NCBI RefSeq assembly: GCF_018350175.1
Contig: NC_058383.1
Span: forward strand, 372,001 to 436,000
Source of the DNA: Felis catus
Taxonomy: Eukaryota
Length of the DNA: 64,000 nucleotides
Direction of reading: 5' to 3'
A program made the position numbers and the translations under genes. The notes under the pieces were generated by a model that was not told the DNA's origin, ran no database searches, and was given only the letters and a program-made list of their open reading frames with translations. The number at the start of each line of letters is the position of its first letter. Positions within the stretch are counted from its first letter, which is position 1. Below are positions 1 to 12,384 of the stretch, one piece after another.

Positions 1-564
1 GATGACGCGTGTGAGTCTGGAGGGTCACCACTCTCAAGTGCGGGGTCTGGGGTGCAGGAAGGGCTGCTGGGATTCCAGAGGCTGGCCAGGCTCACCATGT
101 CCTTCAGGGAACAGGCGGCCTCCAGCTCTCCTCGGACACCCGCGCGATGCAGAGGACAGGGCCCGGCAGCTCAGGGAGAACACAGGCACCCTGCTCTCTC
201 TGCCCCCCCAGGGGTCTGGACTTGAGGCACCTTCCACCCACTTTTGGCCTGCCCCTGGGCAGGGGTGCCTAAGTTTCCTGACCACGGTGGACTGAGCCAG
301 GGGCTGGGGATCTCATCCCAGGGTCCTGCTTGGCCCAGGCCTGGTGGTGTGAAGGGGGAGTGAGCTCCTGATGGGCTGTCTGTGCTGATCCCACTCACTC
401 CTAGACTGCTCTGACCTCGCTGGTCTTTCCCAGTCACTGTGCAGGACCCAGTCGGTGCTGGGAGTCTGACTGATGCCCCTGGTGCCTGGTGTGAGTCTGG
501 GTTGGCAGATTAATCTCAGGTACTTTGGGTTCTGACGCGGAACATAAAAGATGGTTATGACCTA

Positions 565-830
565 GACCCTATAATCTCCACTTGCAAATCTGAAATCCAA
601 GTGTAACTCGTTCAACAGCAAAACCTGACCCAACCTGAACTTATATGGAGGCAAAACCTTAATTCACAAGGCTATTTATGAACGCTTTTTTCTCTCCCTT
701 GGAGTAAATATTCACATGTTCCTCTGAGGCAGTAAGAGTATGTTTAATTACGGGGTTCTGCCCAGACCTATCGGGGCCGCTACCTAATGTGTGGGAGGGA
801 CACGTTATTTGCGCCTTCTGTCAGCTGAGA
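565..830. mobile_element. Ancient DNA transposon relic (TcMar-Tigger-like)
   Basis: AT-rich block with gcaaaacctgacc...aggctatttat...aatattcacatgtt...tgtttaattacggggt, resembling a recalled Tigger-family consensus. Confidence 0.45.
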
Positions 831-3800
831 TGTTTGAAACCCCGGAGCGCTTCTGTCCTCCGAGACTTTGATGAGCGGCGTGGCCCTACGAAACCTATAT
901 CACAGGGCTGCTGAGAGGCTTCAATGAGCGAGTAAGAGAAAGAGGTGGGAATAGAGGCTAGGGAGCGTCTCTGCAGGCAGGCGTGTGTTGGGGCAGCGTC
1001 CCAGGGCAGACCAGAGCCTCCTTGCTTGCCCAGAGCAGCGCGAGCTGGCCAGGCCAGGGGAAGGCCTCGGTCGACCCTTGGCCCCGCACTCCCTGCTGCC
1101 TCAGTGAGCCCCCAGGTGAGCTCACACTTGTGAAAAGGCTCTGGTCCACAGGCAGCGGGAGGAGAAGGGCTGGCCCTGCTCCGGGGCTGCAGGAGTCCCT
1201 CAAAGATGCACGCTTCCTGGGCGGTGTGTGCTCCCACATCCAGTGGGATGTTCTGGTTAAAAACCCAGCTGCTTGAGGCCTTAGCTCCTGGCGGGGCCCT
1301 TGGCTTAGGAGAGCCAGCCGGGCAGGTCTGTAAATGCAGGCCCTGGGTAGGAGCTGTCTGCTGCTGGAGGCCTCTGTGCCTGTCACTGCTGTGACCCGGA
1401 GTCGGGCACAGCCTTTGAAGGTCTCGTGGGGGACCCTGGATGGCAGCCCCTTTCCTGGAGCCCAAGCCTGCCTCAGGGCCAAGGTTCGGCAATGCCACCC
1501 ACCCTCCTGAACACGAAATGGGAGAAAGACGTAGAAATCACACTGACCCACACTCGTGGTGTACAGGCGAGTCTAAATCTAAAGAGCTGGAGATCCAACC
1601 CACTTCCAAAGCGCCTTCTGCAGACCGGGAACCGCCCCCACGAGGCAGGTCTCGCGCATCCCTGCTCAGAGCTCTGTCCCTTTCACCTTCAAGTTGTGCA
1701 TCCCGCTACCAAACGCGAGCCCGGAAACATGGTTTCTGCAAGCTTCCCAGAGCTTCCCCTCGGAACGGTTCCATTAAATCGCCCCCGTTCGGAACCGCTC
1801 GATCCACTTTGAAGCACGTGTGGCCTTCGGTACAGCTGCTGTGGCCGACAGAGATTTATTTATAGCCGGGCTCCTGGCTGCTTGGTAACGGCCGTTCGCT
1901 GCCTTTAAAGAGGCTTGGGACGTTATCTACCTCTATTCAGCTTGAAATCAGGCATGCAGCGCCTTCGGCTCGGGCCAGTGATAATTAAATCGCTATCGTG
2001 CACAATTATGGATGCAAAGAATAAATGACACAATTAACCGCTCTGTACTTGGAATTGCTTAATAAGGAAAAGAAGTCACTAGCATGAGAGGATTCAGGCA
2101 GCCTCCAGCTGAAAGACGCCACCCATACTCCATCCAGGTCGGGACACGACCGTGGTCGGTCCCTGAACAAAGAGCTGCTCCCTAAGACCGAAGTTTTGGG
2201 GGCTAATTGATCTAGCTGGGTCGGGACTAATTGGCCAGTGAGCTTCCAAGAACAAAGGCTGTGGCTGGGACGGCCAGGGTGGGCAGCCGCCCTGGGGGCC
2301 GCCCTAATTGGTCGGAGGCCAGCTCCTCAGGAAGGCAGTTCCAGCCCCAGAGAGGCCACAGTCCCCCTCCCGCCCTGGGGGCCACTCGGGGCCCAGACCC
2401 CAGATGCTGGCTCTCCAACCTGTAAACTGACCAGTGACAAGGCTCAATCCGCGGGAGGCACCGTAGGTCATCAGGGAGGAAGGACACAGCCCACCCAGAG
2501 GACGATGGCAGGCAGCACGCCAGAGAAGGTGATACAGCTGAGCCCTGCCCCCCCCCCCGGTTTCCCTTCCAGCCATCTGGTCCGAGATCAAGAACAAAGC
2601 CCACCAAGTGGGTACCTGCTTTCTCCTTCTTGAGCAGACAACAGCTGGGGCCCCGGAATCCCATAGGCATGTATTCTACTGTGTCCCTTCCCACTGCAGG
2701 GAGGGTGCGGGGTTCCAGCTGGGGCTGTGCTGGACTTTCTCTTTGAAGTACATTTAATTATCAAAATAAAAGTGAGCAGTCTTAAAGAGCATGGTGCGCA
2801 TGGCCGTCTAGGCTGGGGGCAGCTACCGCTCACACATCCTGGGGGTGCCTGTGAGGCACGGAAGTTTGGTGGAGGCCTGCCAAGGCTTCACGGCAAGTGG
2901 GACGGGAGGACCCAGGCCCTTGTGGCCGCTTCCAATCCCTCGCTCCGAGCAGCCCCCTCGATGCCAGCACCAGGGTACCCACCAGTGACGGCCAGGTGGA
3001 CACGCCCCCCACTGCTCTCCGAGGGTCCACGTCCCTCCACGCCCAAAGGCGGTACACGGGGCTCTGCATGGCACCCAGGGGTCTGGAACACGGGTCAGAT
3101 CCCACTCCCGCCAGGGGGTGAGGTGCGTGGGGTGGACAGGGACCTAGGTGCTCCTGGCACCACAGTCTTCAAATCTGAGCTGTCCATGGCGAGGCCGTTG
3201 CTTCCTCTGACCCTTAAAACAGGCAGTGGCTGTGAAAATATCCGGACCACCTGCCTGACCGCAATCCCTAAGGACAGACATGGGTCCCACTTCCCAGACA
3301 AGGTGACAGAAGCCAAAGGCAGTAACATCAGAGGCCCCCCCCCGACTGGTGTGGCGGTGCTGGGGTCCCTGGCCGGGACGGCACCCCTTTTCCCTTCAGG
3401 GCTGTCTCTCTCCTCCCACGGAGGCTCTTGGTCCTTGGCCCGACCCCATCCTTCCTCAGGGGGATCCCAAGAAATGTAAAGCCTGTTATGGTTGTTCTGG
3501 GGAGAGCTGTGTTCTGGGGAAAGACAGTGAGCAAAACCCCAGACTGTCCAAGCGTCTTCGTGGTCACGGAATTACAGCGTCCACAAACGTTAGGGAATAA
3601 AGTATAGGGTGTGCTATTTGCACAGATTGACACGTGTGCTGACTGATGCATGTGTGCTAATGATCGCTGCTCAGTGCTAACCTACCCCGTACTGTGAACG
3701 CATACTGGAGGGTACGGTTCCCAAGCGACAGCAGGAGAGACAGAGCTGACATCCGTGGTCTGAATGGGGCAGTCAGTCACCTGCAGGAAGCTGGTGAGGG

Positions 3801-5841
3801 AGGAGAGAGCACAGAGGAGAGGCGACGTCGGTGGGGTAGAGGGAACCAGGCCAGACACCAGTCAGGTGCCCCTCGTGTGTTAGTGACCGGATGACAGTGG
3901 GGCCCAGGTTTGGGAGGGGACACGGAGATGGAGAGGAGGTGGCATCTGGGCAGGTGCCGTGACAACCCTGGCCTTAGCCTGGCCTCACCTGTCACAACCG
4001 CTCAGTGAGGTCGCCTCCTGGGATTAAGGCTGGCCAGGTTTGGATAGGCCCCCGTCCCCTGGGAAACGTGGAGACCCAGCCAGGTGAGGGCACGTCCACA
4101 CGGGGCTCTTGCCGCACACCTAGGCCTCTCCCCGAGTTTGCCTCTGCTTCTGTGGCACCTCGCAACCCTGCACCGGGCCACATCCCTCAAGTCTGCCTTC
4201 AGGAAGAAACCCCACACTGACACCCTGCCTCTTGAGGCCTGGTCGGCCTCTGGGCCCTGCCACCTGGGCCCTCAGCCCCCCAGGTCCCCGAGCCCATCCT
4301 GCAACAGCAGAGCGAGGCCACCCACTTCCGAGCACAGGCGTCTGGGGGTGTCTGCCTCTCTCCCACCCCAGGTGCACACGTGACCTTCACCATGGCTTAA
4401 GGCCGTTTGCCTGTGGGTTTTGGCAGGGAGACCACACTTGACTTTCGAGCAGAGAAGTTCAAGTGCCTTCCGGCTAGCAACCCCAGCTCGGCAGACGGGA
4501 CGGTGCACCCAGACGGGAAGGCACACGTCCCCAGACGAGACAAGGGCGGTGTCCACAGCAGGGAGTCCTTAGTCACTGGGAGGTTCTAACGTACTTTAAT
4601 TTCTAGTTATTCTCTTGTCTGTGGGGAGGAGCCCGTAGCACAGTGGGAAACAAGGGGCGACAGTGCATGAGGAGTCGCCTTCCAGAACAAGAATGACTAA
4701 ACAGGCCAGATTTGCATAATAATTTAGTATTCAAGAAAACCAGGACTACGGGTCCTGGAAAGAGCTGATGTGCTGTCGCTGATTGGCCCTGGAAGGAATA
4801 ATTAAATCCAGTGACCCCAGTTATTACATGGAAATGGGGACATCGAATGGGGCTTAATCGGGCCTCTAATTTTTTTAATAATCACTTCTGTGTTCGTGTT
4901 ATTAAAAACGTAATAAATGTTCATTGTAGAAATTTAGAAAGCACAGATAAGGGAAAAAGGAAATTAAAATCATCTGTGGCTCTACTCCGGGGGGGTCACC
5001 ACTGAAGCTTATCTGTGCATCCAGATTTTCCCACGCACTTGGTAGACACCTTCCAAGGAGGCAGCTCACCAAACGTAAGTGTTCAGAAGCCACTTTGCTT
5101 AGTAAGGAAATCCTAAGCCGTTTGCTGTGTCCGCAGAAGTTCCTGGGAGGCAGCAAGAAGGCTGCGTGGTGCTCCTTCACATGGGGTGACCTGTGTTGTG
5201 CGTCTGCCCCTGGGTTGGGCATTTGAGGTTATTTCCGGTGCTTTGGAGTGAAGTAGAATTTGTTGCTGGCTTTGCTTTCCTGAGGAGGGTGCAGGTTGGA
5301 AGAGCATCACCACAGACCCACGTTGCAGGCTGGTCTGGGGGAACTGTGCCTCTAGCATCACCTGGACCCCAAGACCGGCCTCGGACTCTGCACGGGAAGG
5401 AGCGGGCTGTGGCCAGGTGGGGAACCGGGGGGGGCGGGCTGGGCCTTGGCCGTCACAGAGGCCCTGAGACCACGGAAGATGCTCAGAGAGCTTCAAGCTC
5501 CTGGTCATTCTCCACGCTCGTGACTGTCAGCCGTCTTGAATGTGCTGTGTGCCCGTGGAGTTCTAGATGCTTCACGAGCATTACCCGCCTGATTGCGGCA
5601 GCAGTCCTGGGAGGTAAATAGGACTGGCATCCCCGTGCTGCATGTGAATTGGCTGTGCCAAGTAATACATTTCCCTCATTTGACTTGACCCTGGCCACGG
5701 CCCCTTGACAGAGGCTGGGCAGGCATCTAAATGCCATCTAACACAAACCAACAGTAGGGAGGATGAGGACTCCTTCCAGGGTGCCAGGCCATAGGGAGCT
5801 GGGCACAGACTCCAGCCTCAGGGCTCCTCCACACCAAAGCC

Positions 5842-7692
5842 CCCCAGTATAGCATCCCTCCAGTATAGCACCCCTCCAGTATGACACCCTCCAGTATGGT
5901 ACCCTCCACTATGTCCCCCCCAGTATGGCACCCTCCAGTATCACGCCCTCCAGTATGCCCCCCCCAATAGTACCCCTCCAGTATGGCGCCCTCCAGTATG
6001 GCACCCCTCCAGTATGACGCCCTCCAGTATGCCTGCCCCAGTATAGCACCCCTCCAGTATGATGCCCTCCAGTATGGAGCCCTCCAGTATGCTCCCCCCC
6101 TGTATGGCACTCCTCCAGAATGGTGCCCTCCAGTATGGCACCCTCCAGTATGCCCCCCCAGTATGGTAACCTCCAGTATGGCGCCCTCCAGTATGCCCCC
6201 CCAGTATAGCACCCCTCCAGTATGGCGCCCTCCAGTATGCCCCCCCAGTATGGCAACCTCCAGTATGGCGCCCTCCAGTATGCCCCCCCAGTATGTCACC
6301 CTCCAGTGTGTCCCCCCAATATAGCACACCTCCAGTATGGCGCCCTCCAGTATGTGCCCCCCAGTAGGGCACCATCCAGTATGGCGCCCTCCAGTATGCC
6401 CCCCCAGTATAGCACCCCTCCAGTATGGTGCCCTCCAGCATGGCGCCCTCCAGTATGCCCCCTCCAGTATGGCACCATCCAGTATGGCGCCCTCCAGTAT
6501 GCCCCCCCAAGTATGGCACCCTCCAGTATGGCACCCCTCCAGTATGGCGCCCCCCAGTATGCACCCCCCAGTATGGCACTCCTCCAGAATGGTGTCCTCT
6601 AGTATGCCACACTCCAGTATGGCACCCTCCAGTATGCCCCCCCCAGTATAGCACCCCTCCAGTATGGTGCCCTCCAGTATGGCGCCCTCCAGTATGGCAC
6701 CCTCCAGTATGGCGCCCTCCGGTATGCCCCCCCCAGTATAGCACCCCTCCAGTATGGCACCCTCCAGTATGCCCCCCCCAGTACAGCACCCCTCCAGTAT
6801 GATGCCCTCCAGTATCGCGCCCACCAGTATGCCCCCCCCAGTATGGTAACCTCCAGTATGGCGCCCTCCAGTATGCCCCCCCCCGAATATGGCAACCTCC
6901 AGTGTGCCCCCCCAATATAGCACACCTCCAGTATGGTGCCCTCCAGTATGGCACCCCTCCAGTATGGCGCCCTCCAGTGTGCCCCCCCAATATAGCACCC
7001 CTCCAGTATGGTGCCCTACCAGTATGGAGCCCTCCAGTATGCCCCCCCCCAGTATGGCACTCCTCCAGAATGCTGCCCTCCAGTATGGCACCCTCCAGTA
7101 TGCCCCCCCCAGTACAGCACCCCTCCAGTATGATGCCCTCCAGTATGGCGCCCACCAGTATGCCCCCCCCCAGTATGGCAACCTCCAGTGTGCCCCCCCA
7201 ATATAGCACCCCTCCAGTATGGTGCCCTCCAGTATGGCACCCCTCCAGTATGGCGCCCTCCAGTATGCCCCCCCCAGTATAGCTCCCCTCCAGTATGGTG
7301 CCCTCCAGTATGGCGCCCTCCAGTATGGCACCCTCCAGTATGGCGCCCTCCAGTATGCCCCCCCCCCCAGTATAGCACCCCTCCAGTATGGCACCCTCCA
7401 GTATGGCGGCGTCCAGTCTGGTGCCCCTCCAGTATGGCCCCCTCCCCCAGTATAGCACCCCTCCAGTATGGCACCCTCCAGTATGGCGCCCTCCAGTATG
7501 CCCCCCCAGTATGTCACCCTCCAGTATAGCTCCCCTCCAGTATGGAGTCGTCCAGTCTGGTGCCCCTCCAGTATGGCGCCCTCCAGTATGGCCCCCTCCC
7601 CCAATATAGCACCCCTCCAGTATGGCACCCTGCAGTATGGAGCCCTCCAGTATGGCACCCTTCAGTATGGCTCACCCCCAGTATGGTGCCCC
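5842..7692. repeat. Complex minisatellite; ~15-bp monomers with a CCAGTAT core, roughly 120 units
   Basis: Variants CCAGTATGGCGCCCT, CCAGTATGGCACCCT, CCAGTATAGCACCCCT and CCAGTATGC(n) tile the interval. Confidence 0.97.
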
Positions 7693-7769
7693 TCAGTCAT
7701 CCTGTAGTCACCTGGCCTTGATCTTCACCTCCATGCACATTCTTCCCCACCCATTCGCTGACCCCTGTA

Positions 7770-8010
7770 ATCCAGGAGTCATCCTAGGTTCCTCTCTCAC
7801 CTCCATACCCCACACCTACTCCACTAAATGATTCCTTGGACCCCCAGATATTTCTTTAATTTTTCCATTTTCCCCACCTCTGTCATACAAACCACCATCA
7901 TCTGCTGTGGCTGCCTCCGCCTCCTTCCCCTGGCTTGCACCCTCCACCCATGTAGCCGGCCCCCCTACATGGTGGGGGGCGGTATCTACCTGGTTCCTGG
8001 CTGTTCTACT
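7770..8010 (+). mobile_element. L2 LINE fragment
   Basis: ggagtcatcctaggttcctctctcacc...ccccacac...caaaccaccatcatct resembles the L2 3' region. Confidence 0.55.
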
Positions 8011-8963
8011 GCCTTCTGCCGACCACTCCCTCCCTGCTGACAAAGGACTGCCACACGGCCAGGTGCCCAAGCCACCTCCCTCCCACCCGCTGGGATGGGC
8101 GGGTGCACAAGCTTGCTCCAGGCTGGAAATGTGCTCAGCCGCGCCCTGACTCCCGCCTGTGACAGAAGCAGAGCTGGTGCCTGGTGCGGATACAGGAGGC
8201 CCTCTGTGTGACCTGTTTCACGTGGTCTGGCCCTTGCCACATAGATGGTGGGGTGGGCCAGCCCACCCAGCTCCTGAGGTGGCCACAGGCCAAGCCCAGC
8301 CTCCTACCCCACATCTTATGGAGACCCCTGTTTCCCTTCCTTTAGCCCCATCCATAAGAGAGAACCGCAGTCTGGGGAAGAGTGGGTCTTTTCAGGGATT
8401 CTTTAGACTTCTGAGCTGGTGCAGCATCTGGGAAACCATAATGATGCTTCTGGAGCCATGTCCATCGGGAGCCCCCCGGAAGGCCCCTATAATGAATGAG
8501 CTGCTTCCAGCCAAGGGGTCTTCAGGATCTCAGACTAACCCTGCTCAGGCTTCCAACAGAACCCCAGAGACTTAGACGGGGCAAGCAGCGGTGTGTAGGC
8601 GTGGGTGGGTGGGTGTGTGATGAGGTCGTGCAGGTGTCTGGGGGAGGGAGGCGTGGCTGGCAGGTACCTATACCTGGCCATCCTTTCTAGAAGCCATTCC
8701 CTTTGTCTATGGGTCAGACTGCCTGAGAGATTCCGCCCACCCACCCCCGCCCCCCCTGCAGACCCAGCACCTAAATATCAAGGTGGGATGTGTATCACTG
8801 TCAGTGCAGGAAACCCCAGACTTCCCAGACAGAATGGAGCCCGCAACCACATCCAGAGGCCCAGGCGGGGCCTCGGGACCAGGGTGGGAGCTGCTCACTT
8901 ACCCACAGAGGGACGAGCTGAGGGCAGCAAGTGACCCCGTGTCTCTTTCCCTCTCTCCTGCAG

Positions 8964-9042
8964 CCATGAAGTCGGGGGGCACGCAGCTCAAGCTCATCAT
9001 GACATTCCAGAATTATGGGCAAGCACTGTTCAAACCCATGAA
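8964..9042 (+). CDS. FAM20C: FAM20C coding exon (exon 3 by human numbering), 79 bp; exons 1-2 lie upstream of the window
   Basis: Polypyrimidine tract + cag at 8961-8963; GTAAGT donor at 9043. Translates (A)MKSGGTQLKLIMTFQNYGQALFKPM(K), including the ATP-binding Lys of FKP. Confidence 0.97.
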
Positions 9043-9396
9043 GTAAGTACTGGGGGCTGGTTGGGACTAGGGTGCCAGGTGTGGGCATGGTCTGTGCTGG
9101 CACACGCAGGCACCAAGTTTCTAGCGGAAAATGCAGTGTTTCCTCCCAGAGGTGTTTCGGGTGAACTATGGGTGACTGCTCGGGGCTTCCTCCCCATCAA
9201 GGCAAGCGGGCAGCACAAGGGTCCGGTACCCTTACCCGCTCCCCTTCCTGGCCTCCCCAGTCCTCCCTCTCTCCACCTTCATCCACTCGCAGATCACTTC
9301 TACCCCAGGGAGCATAAGTGTTTTAAACAAGGAGCCCGAACATGGGCACCAAAGAACGCCCCTAAAGGAGGTGACTTTTGCCTCTCCTGCCTGCCT

Positions 9397-9613
9397 TGGG
9401 AGTCAGCACACTTTTTTATAAAGGGCCAGCCAATAGATAGTGTAGGTTTTGCAGGCTGTATGGTCTGTGTCTCCACTAATCGACTCTGCTGTCCTAGCCC
9501 CAAAGCGGCCAAACAACGTGTCGGTACACAGACGTGGCTGTGTGCCAATAAAGCTTTATTTATAAAACTAACAGGGGGCTGGGTTGACCCCTCACCTGTA
9601 GTTTCCTGCTCCA
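9397..9613. mobile_element. MER58A-like hAT-Charlie DNA transposon relic
   Basis: taaagggccag...ggttttgcaggctgtatggtctgtgtc...gtggctgtgtgccaataaagctttatttataaaa matches the recalled MER58A consensus. Confidence 0.8.
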
Positions 9614-10554
9614 AATAAAGCAGAAACCATGCTACCAAAATAAACATTAGGGTACTCGTTGGCACACGAAAATTTGTGGGAATGGTGGAGAAGGGATACT
9701 TGACATCCAGGCCATCCCCAGAAAATTCACAAGGAGCATCGTGGTTTTGATGTCCGCTCCGGTGATCCTGGGGCTTGGGGATCCATGTGGTCCAAGGTTG
9801 CTCTGCCACCCTTTGTTAGCCCCAACAAGGCTGTTTGTGCACCGGCAAGGGTTTGTTGCACCCCCGAGTGCCCACAAGGACCGTGCAAGTTGTGTGAGCC
9901 TGCCGCGCTGGGGGGTGGTGGGATGAAGGGAAGCTGTCTTTTGTTCACCAGATCGTGGCCATTTGTCCTGATACACGATTTTCAGAATAAGCTGGAACAT
10001 CTCTTCTGCTTAATTTTCAAACGTTGAGGATGATGGTCACTAATTGAGAAGCATTCCAAATACCTTTCGGGCCAAAGAAAATATAGCTGCTAGTGTGTAA
10101 CTTGTGACCGAAGGTATGATTTTGTGTCAGGGTGCTTCTGGCTCGCATTCCTTGGGCCAGATGTCCTGCTGGGGGCTTCCCCGAGGCTCCGCTTGACCGG
10201 TCTGTGGTCTGGGGCTGCCTGGAGCAGGTGGGACCTTATTCACACAGGCAAGACGAAGGCACCAGGGGAGGGCGAAGGCCTGGGGCTGCCGGGATACAGT
10301 GGGCATGCCCCATGCTGAGGAGTGCTGATGCCACCCCTGACTGTGTCGAGGGTCCGTGAGCACAGCACCTCCTCCCCTGTGGCTGCAGGAAGGGAAGTTG
10401 GCACCTCCGTCAGGAGAATCGTATAGAAGAGGGAGCCGTTAACGGGCTTGGCTGTCTCAGGAGGACGGCTGGAGGCAGGTGTGTGGACAACCAGCATGGT
10501 TCATGTATCCCCGACTCACGAGGGATGACTGGGGTGAGACAGCTAGAGGGTATG

Positions 10555-10691
10555 CAGCCTGGGGGCAGGCACGGGCTCCTCGTGGAACATTCTGGAGGGG
10601 ACTGAGGCCTGGAGTGGGTATGGGCTTCTCGTGGAACATTCGGGAAGGAGGTGAGGCCTGGAGCAGGCATGGGTTCCTTGTGAAACTTTCC
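10555..10691. repeat. 49-bp tandem repeat, about 2.8 degenerate copies
   Basis: cgtggaacattc at 10581 and 10630; aggcctggag recurs at the same period. Confidence 0.75.
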
Positions 10692-12384
10692 ACCCTCCTT
10701 GGGCTTCTTCACGGTTTCAGCCCCTCTGCCGAGGGGAAACAGTGGAGAGGTCGCAGCCTCTCACAGGGAGCTGAAGTAGAACGGCTACTTCTAGGTCCCT
10801 TAATGTCACAACGGCGCCCTTCCTGTCCCTCCATGGAGTGACCTGTGCGAATGCCTGCGGCCAGGACGCCCCGTGTGGGCGGAAACACAGCAGCACTGGT
10901 GGCATTGCCCGAGTGGCTGCTCTGTGCAGGCACTGCCGTCCTGGCATTTCCCGGGCCAGGCTCTGTGCCACGGGGTCACACGTTTGTTGTTGTGTCTTCA
11001 AAATGCCTCTGTGAGTTATTCTTGCTGTTGTTCTGCCACATAAAGATGAGGGAACCAGGACTCGGAGAAGTCGTATAGACTGCCTGAGGTCGAGCCAAAA
11101 GTCCAGGGAGCCTGGCCTCCGCCCCCACCCCGGCCTCCCTCTCCCCTGGGCTTCCCCTCCTCCCAGCCTTCCCTCCTCTGGCCTCTCCCAGCCTCCCCTG
11201 GCCCTGCCCCAGCCCAGCCTCCTCCTCTTCCAGGTCTCCCCTCCCCTAACTTCACCCCCTTCTGGCCTCCACTATGGCCTCCCCAAGCCACTCCTTCCCA
11301 GCCTCCCCGGGGTTCCTCCTCCATGGTGGGCACCATCACCTCCATGGTCACGGAGGAATATAGTGGTCTGGCAGGGTAGGACAGCCAGGCTCACGGGTCC
11401 CCGGAAGGCTCACATAGCTCACGTCGGCCCCTTTTCTTCTGAATTCTCAGCACCCAGCCTGTTTATAGCAGGAGGGATGTCTGGTCCTACCTGTTTGGCA
11501 TCTGAAGGCTGAGGCCACCCATGGACCATCTGGGACAGGGTTTCTACCAGTGCTCAGCAAAGGCCAGGGGGATGTTGAGGCCAGGCTGAAGCCATGGAAA
11601 CAGGGTTGAGAATCTCTAGGCAACTGGGGAAAATGAGGCCAGAAAGGGAGCGTGTATGCCCATGACCCAGAGCCATGGTGGGCATCCTGAGGTGGGCCAG
11701 GCCCCTTCCCCTGCACACAGCGTGGTCCTAGGCAGAGGACTGGCCGGGCACGGTGGGCACAGGGCAGGGGTTACAAGCTGATGGTGTTGCCCCCCTCTCG
11801 TCCCATCCTCTTGCTGTTCTGCTGGGTCGTACCCAGGCATTTCCTGGCATCCGGACTCCCCTCCGCTGACCGTGCCCTGAGCCCGGCATTGACTGTGGTC
11901 CTGTTGCCAGCGGCCTCCGCTCCCCTGAGGACCCTGGGGCCCAGGCCCAGGACCCCAGGAGGCTGCACACGCCATTCCTGTCCCCAGTGGCTGTGGTCTG
12001 AATATGAAAACAGCTGTGGTTTATGACCATGGCATTAAAAAACTAAAATCCATGATTAATAGTCCTTTTTAAGAAAAACTTTCCTCTCTGAACTCCTGAA
12101 AGTTTTGTAAGTTGTCAGTCCAATATTAGGAATTAATTATATGGTAGTACTTTTCCTCCAAGATCTTGAAGGATATAAGTTACGAGGCTCTAGAAGAGGG
12201 TGGCTGGTGAGATGGGGGTGGAGACTGGGGGTCCTGCAAAGTGTGGTTTCTGTGCATGAGGATGACCACTTAAAGTTTAGCATTACACATTTTTAAAAGT
12301 CACTGAAAAACACACCCCTAGCACATTAGCTCACGAGTTTCTGGACTTTCTTGCTTTAGGGTGAAAGTAAGGTTTCTAACAAGT

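Noticed and set aside
5727..7658. 643-aa minus-strand ORF and overlapping long ORFs
   Set aside because: Products of the stop-poor CCAGTAT array; several frames are open at once and cycle through the same three peptides (GAILE/PYWR/HTGG).
5842..7692. CRISPR-like repeat-spacer appearance
   Set aside because: Core is only 7 bp, spacers are short and reused, there are no cas genes, and the context is mammalian.
5842..7692. Origin of the CCAGTAT core from the MLT1 motif ccagtatgacctc
   Set aside because: Only ~8 bp of similarity; flanks are not MLT1-like (the right flank looks like L2).
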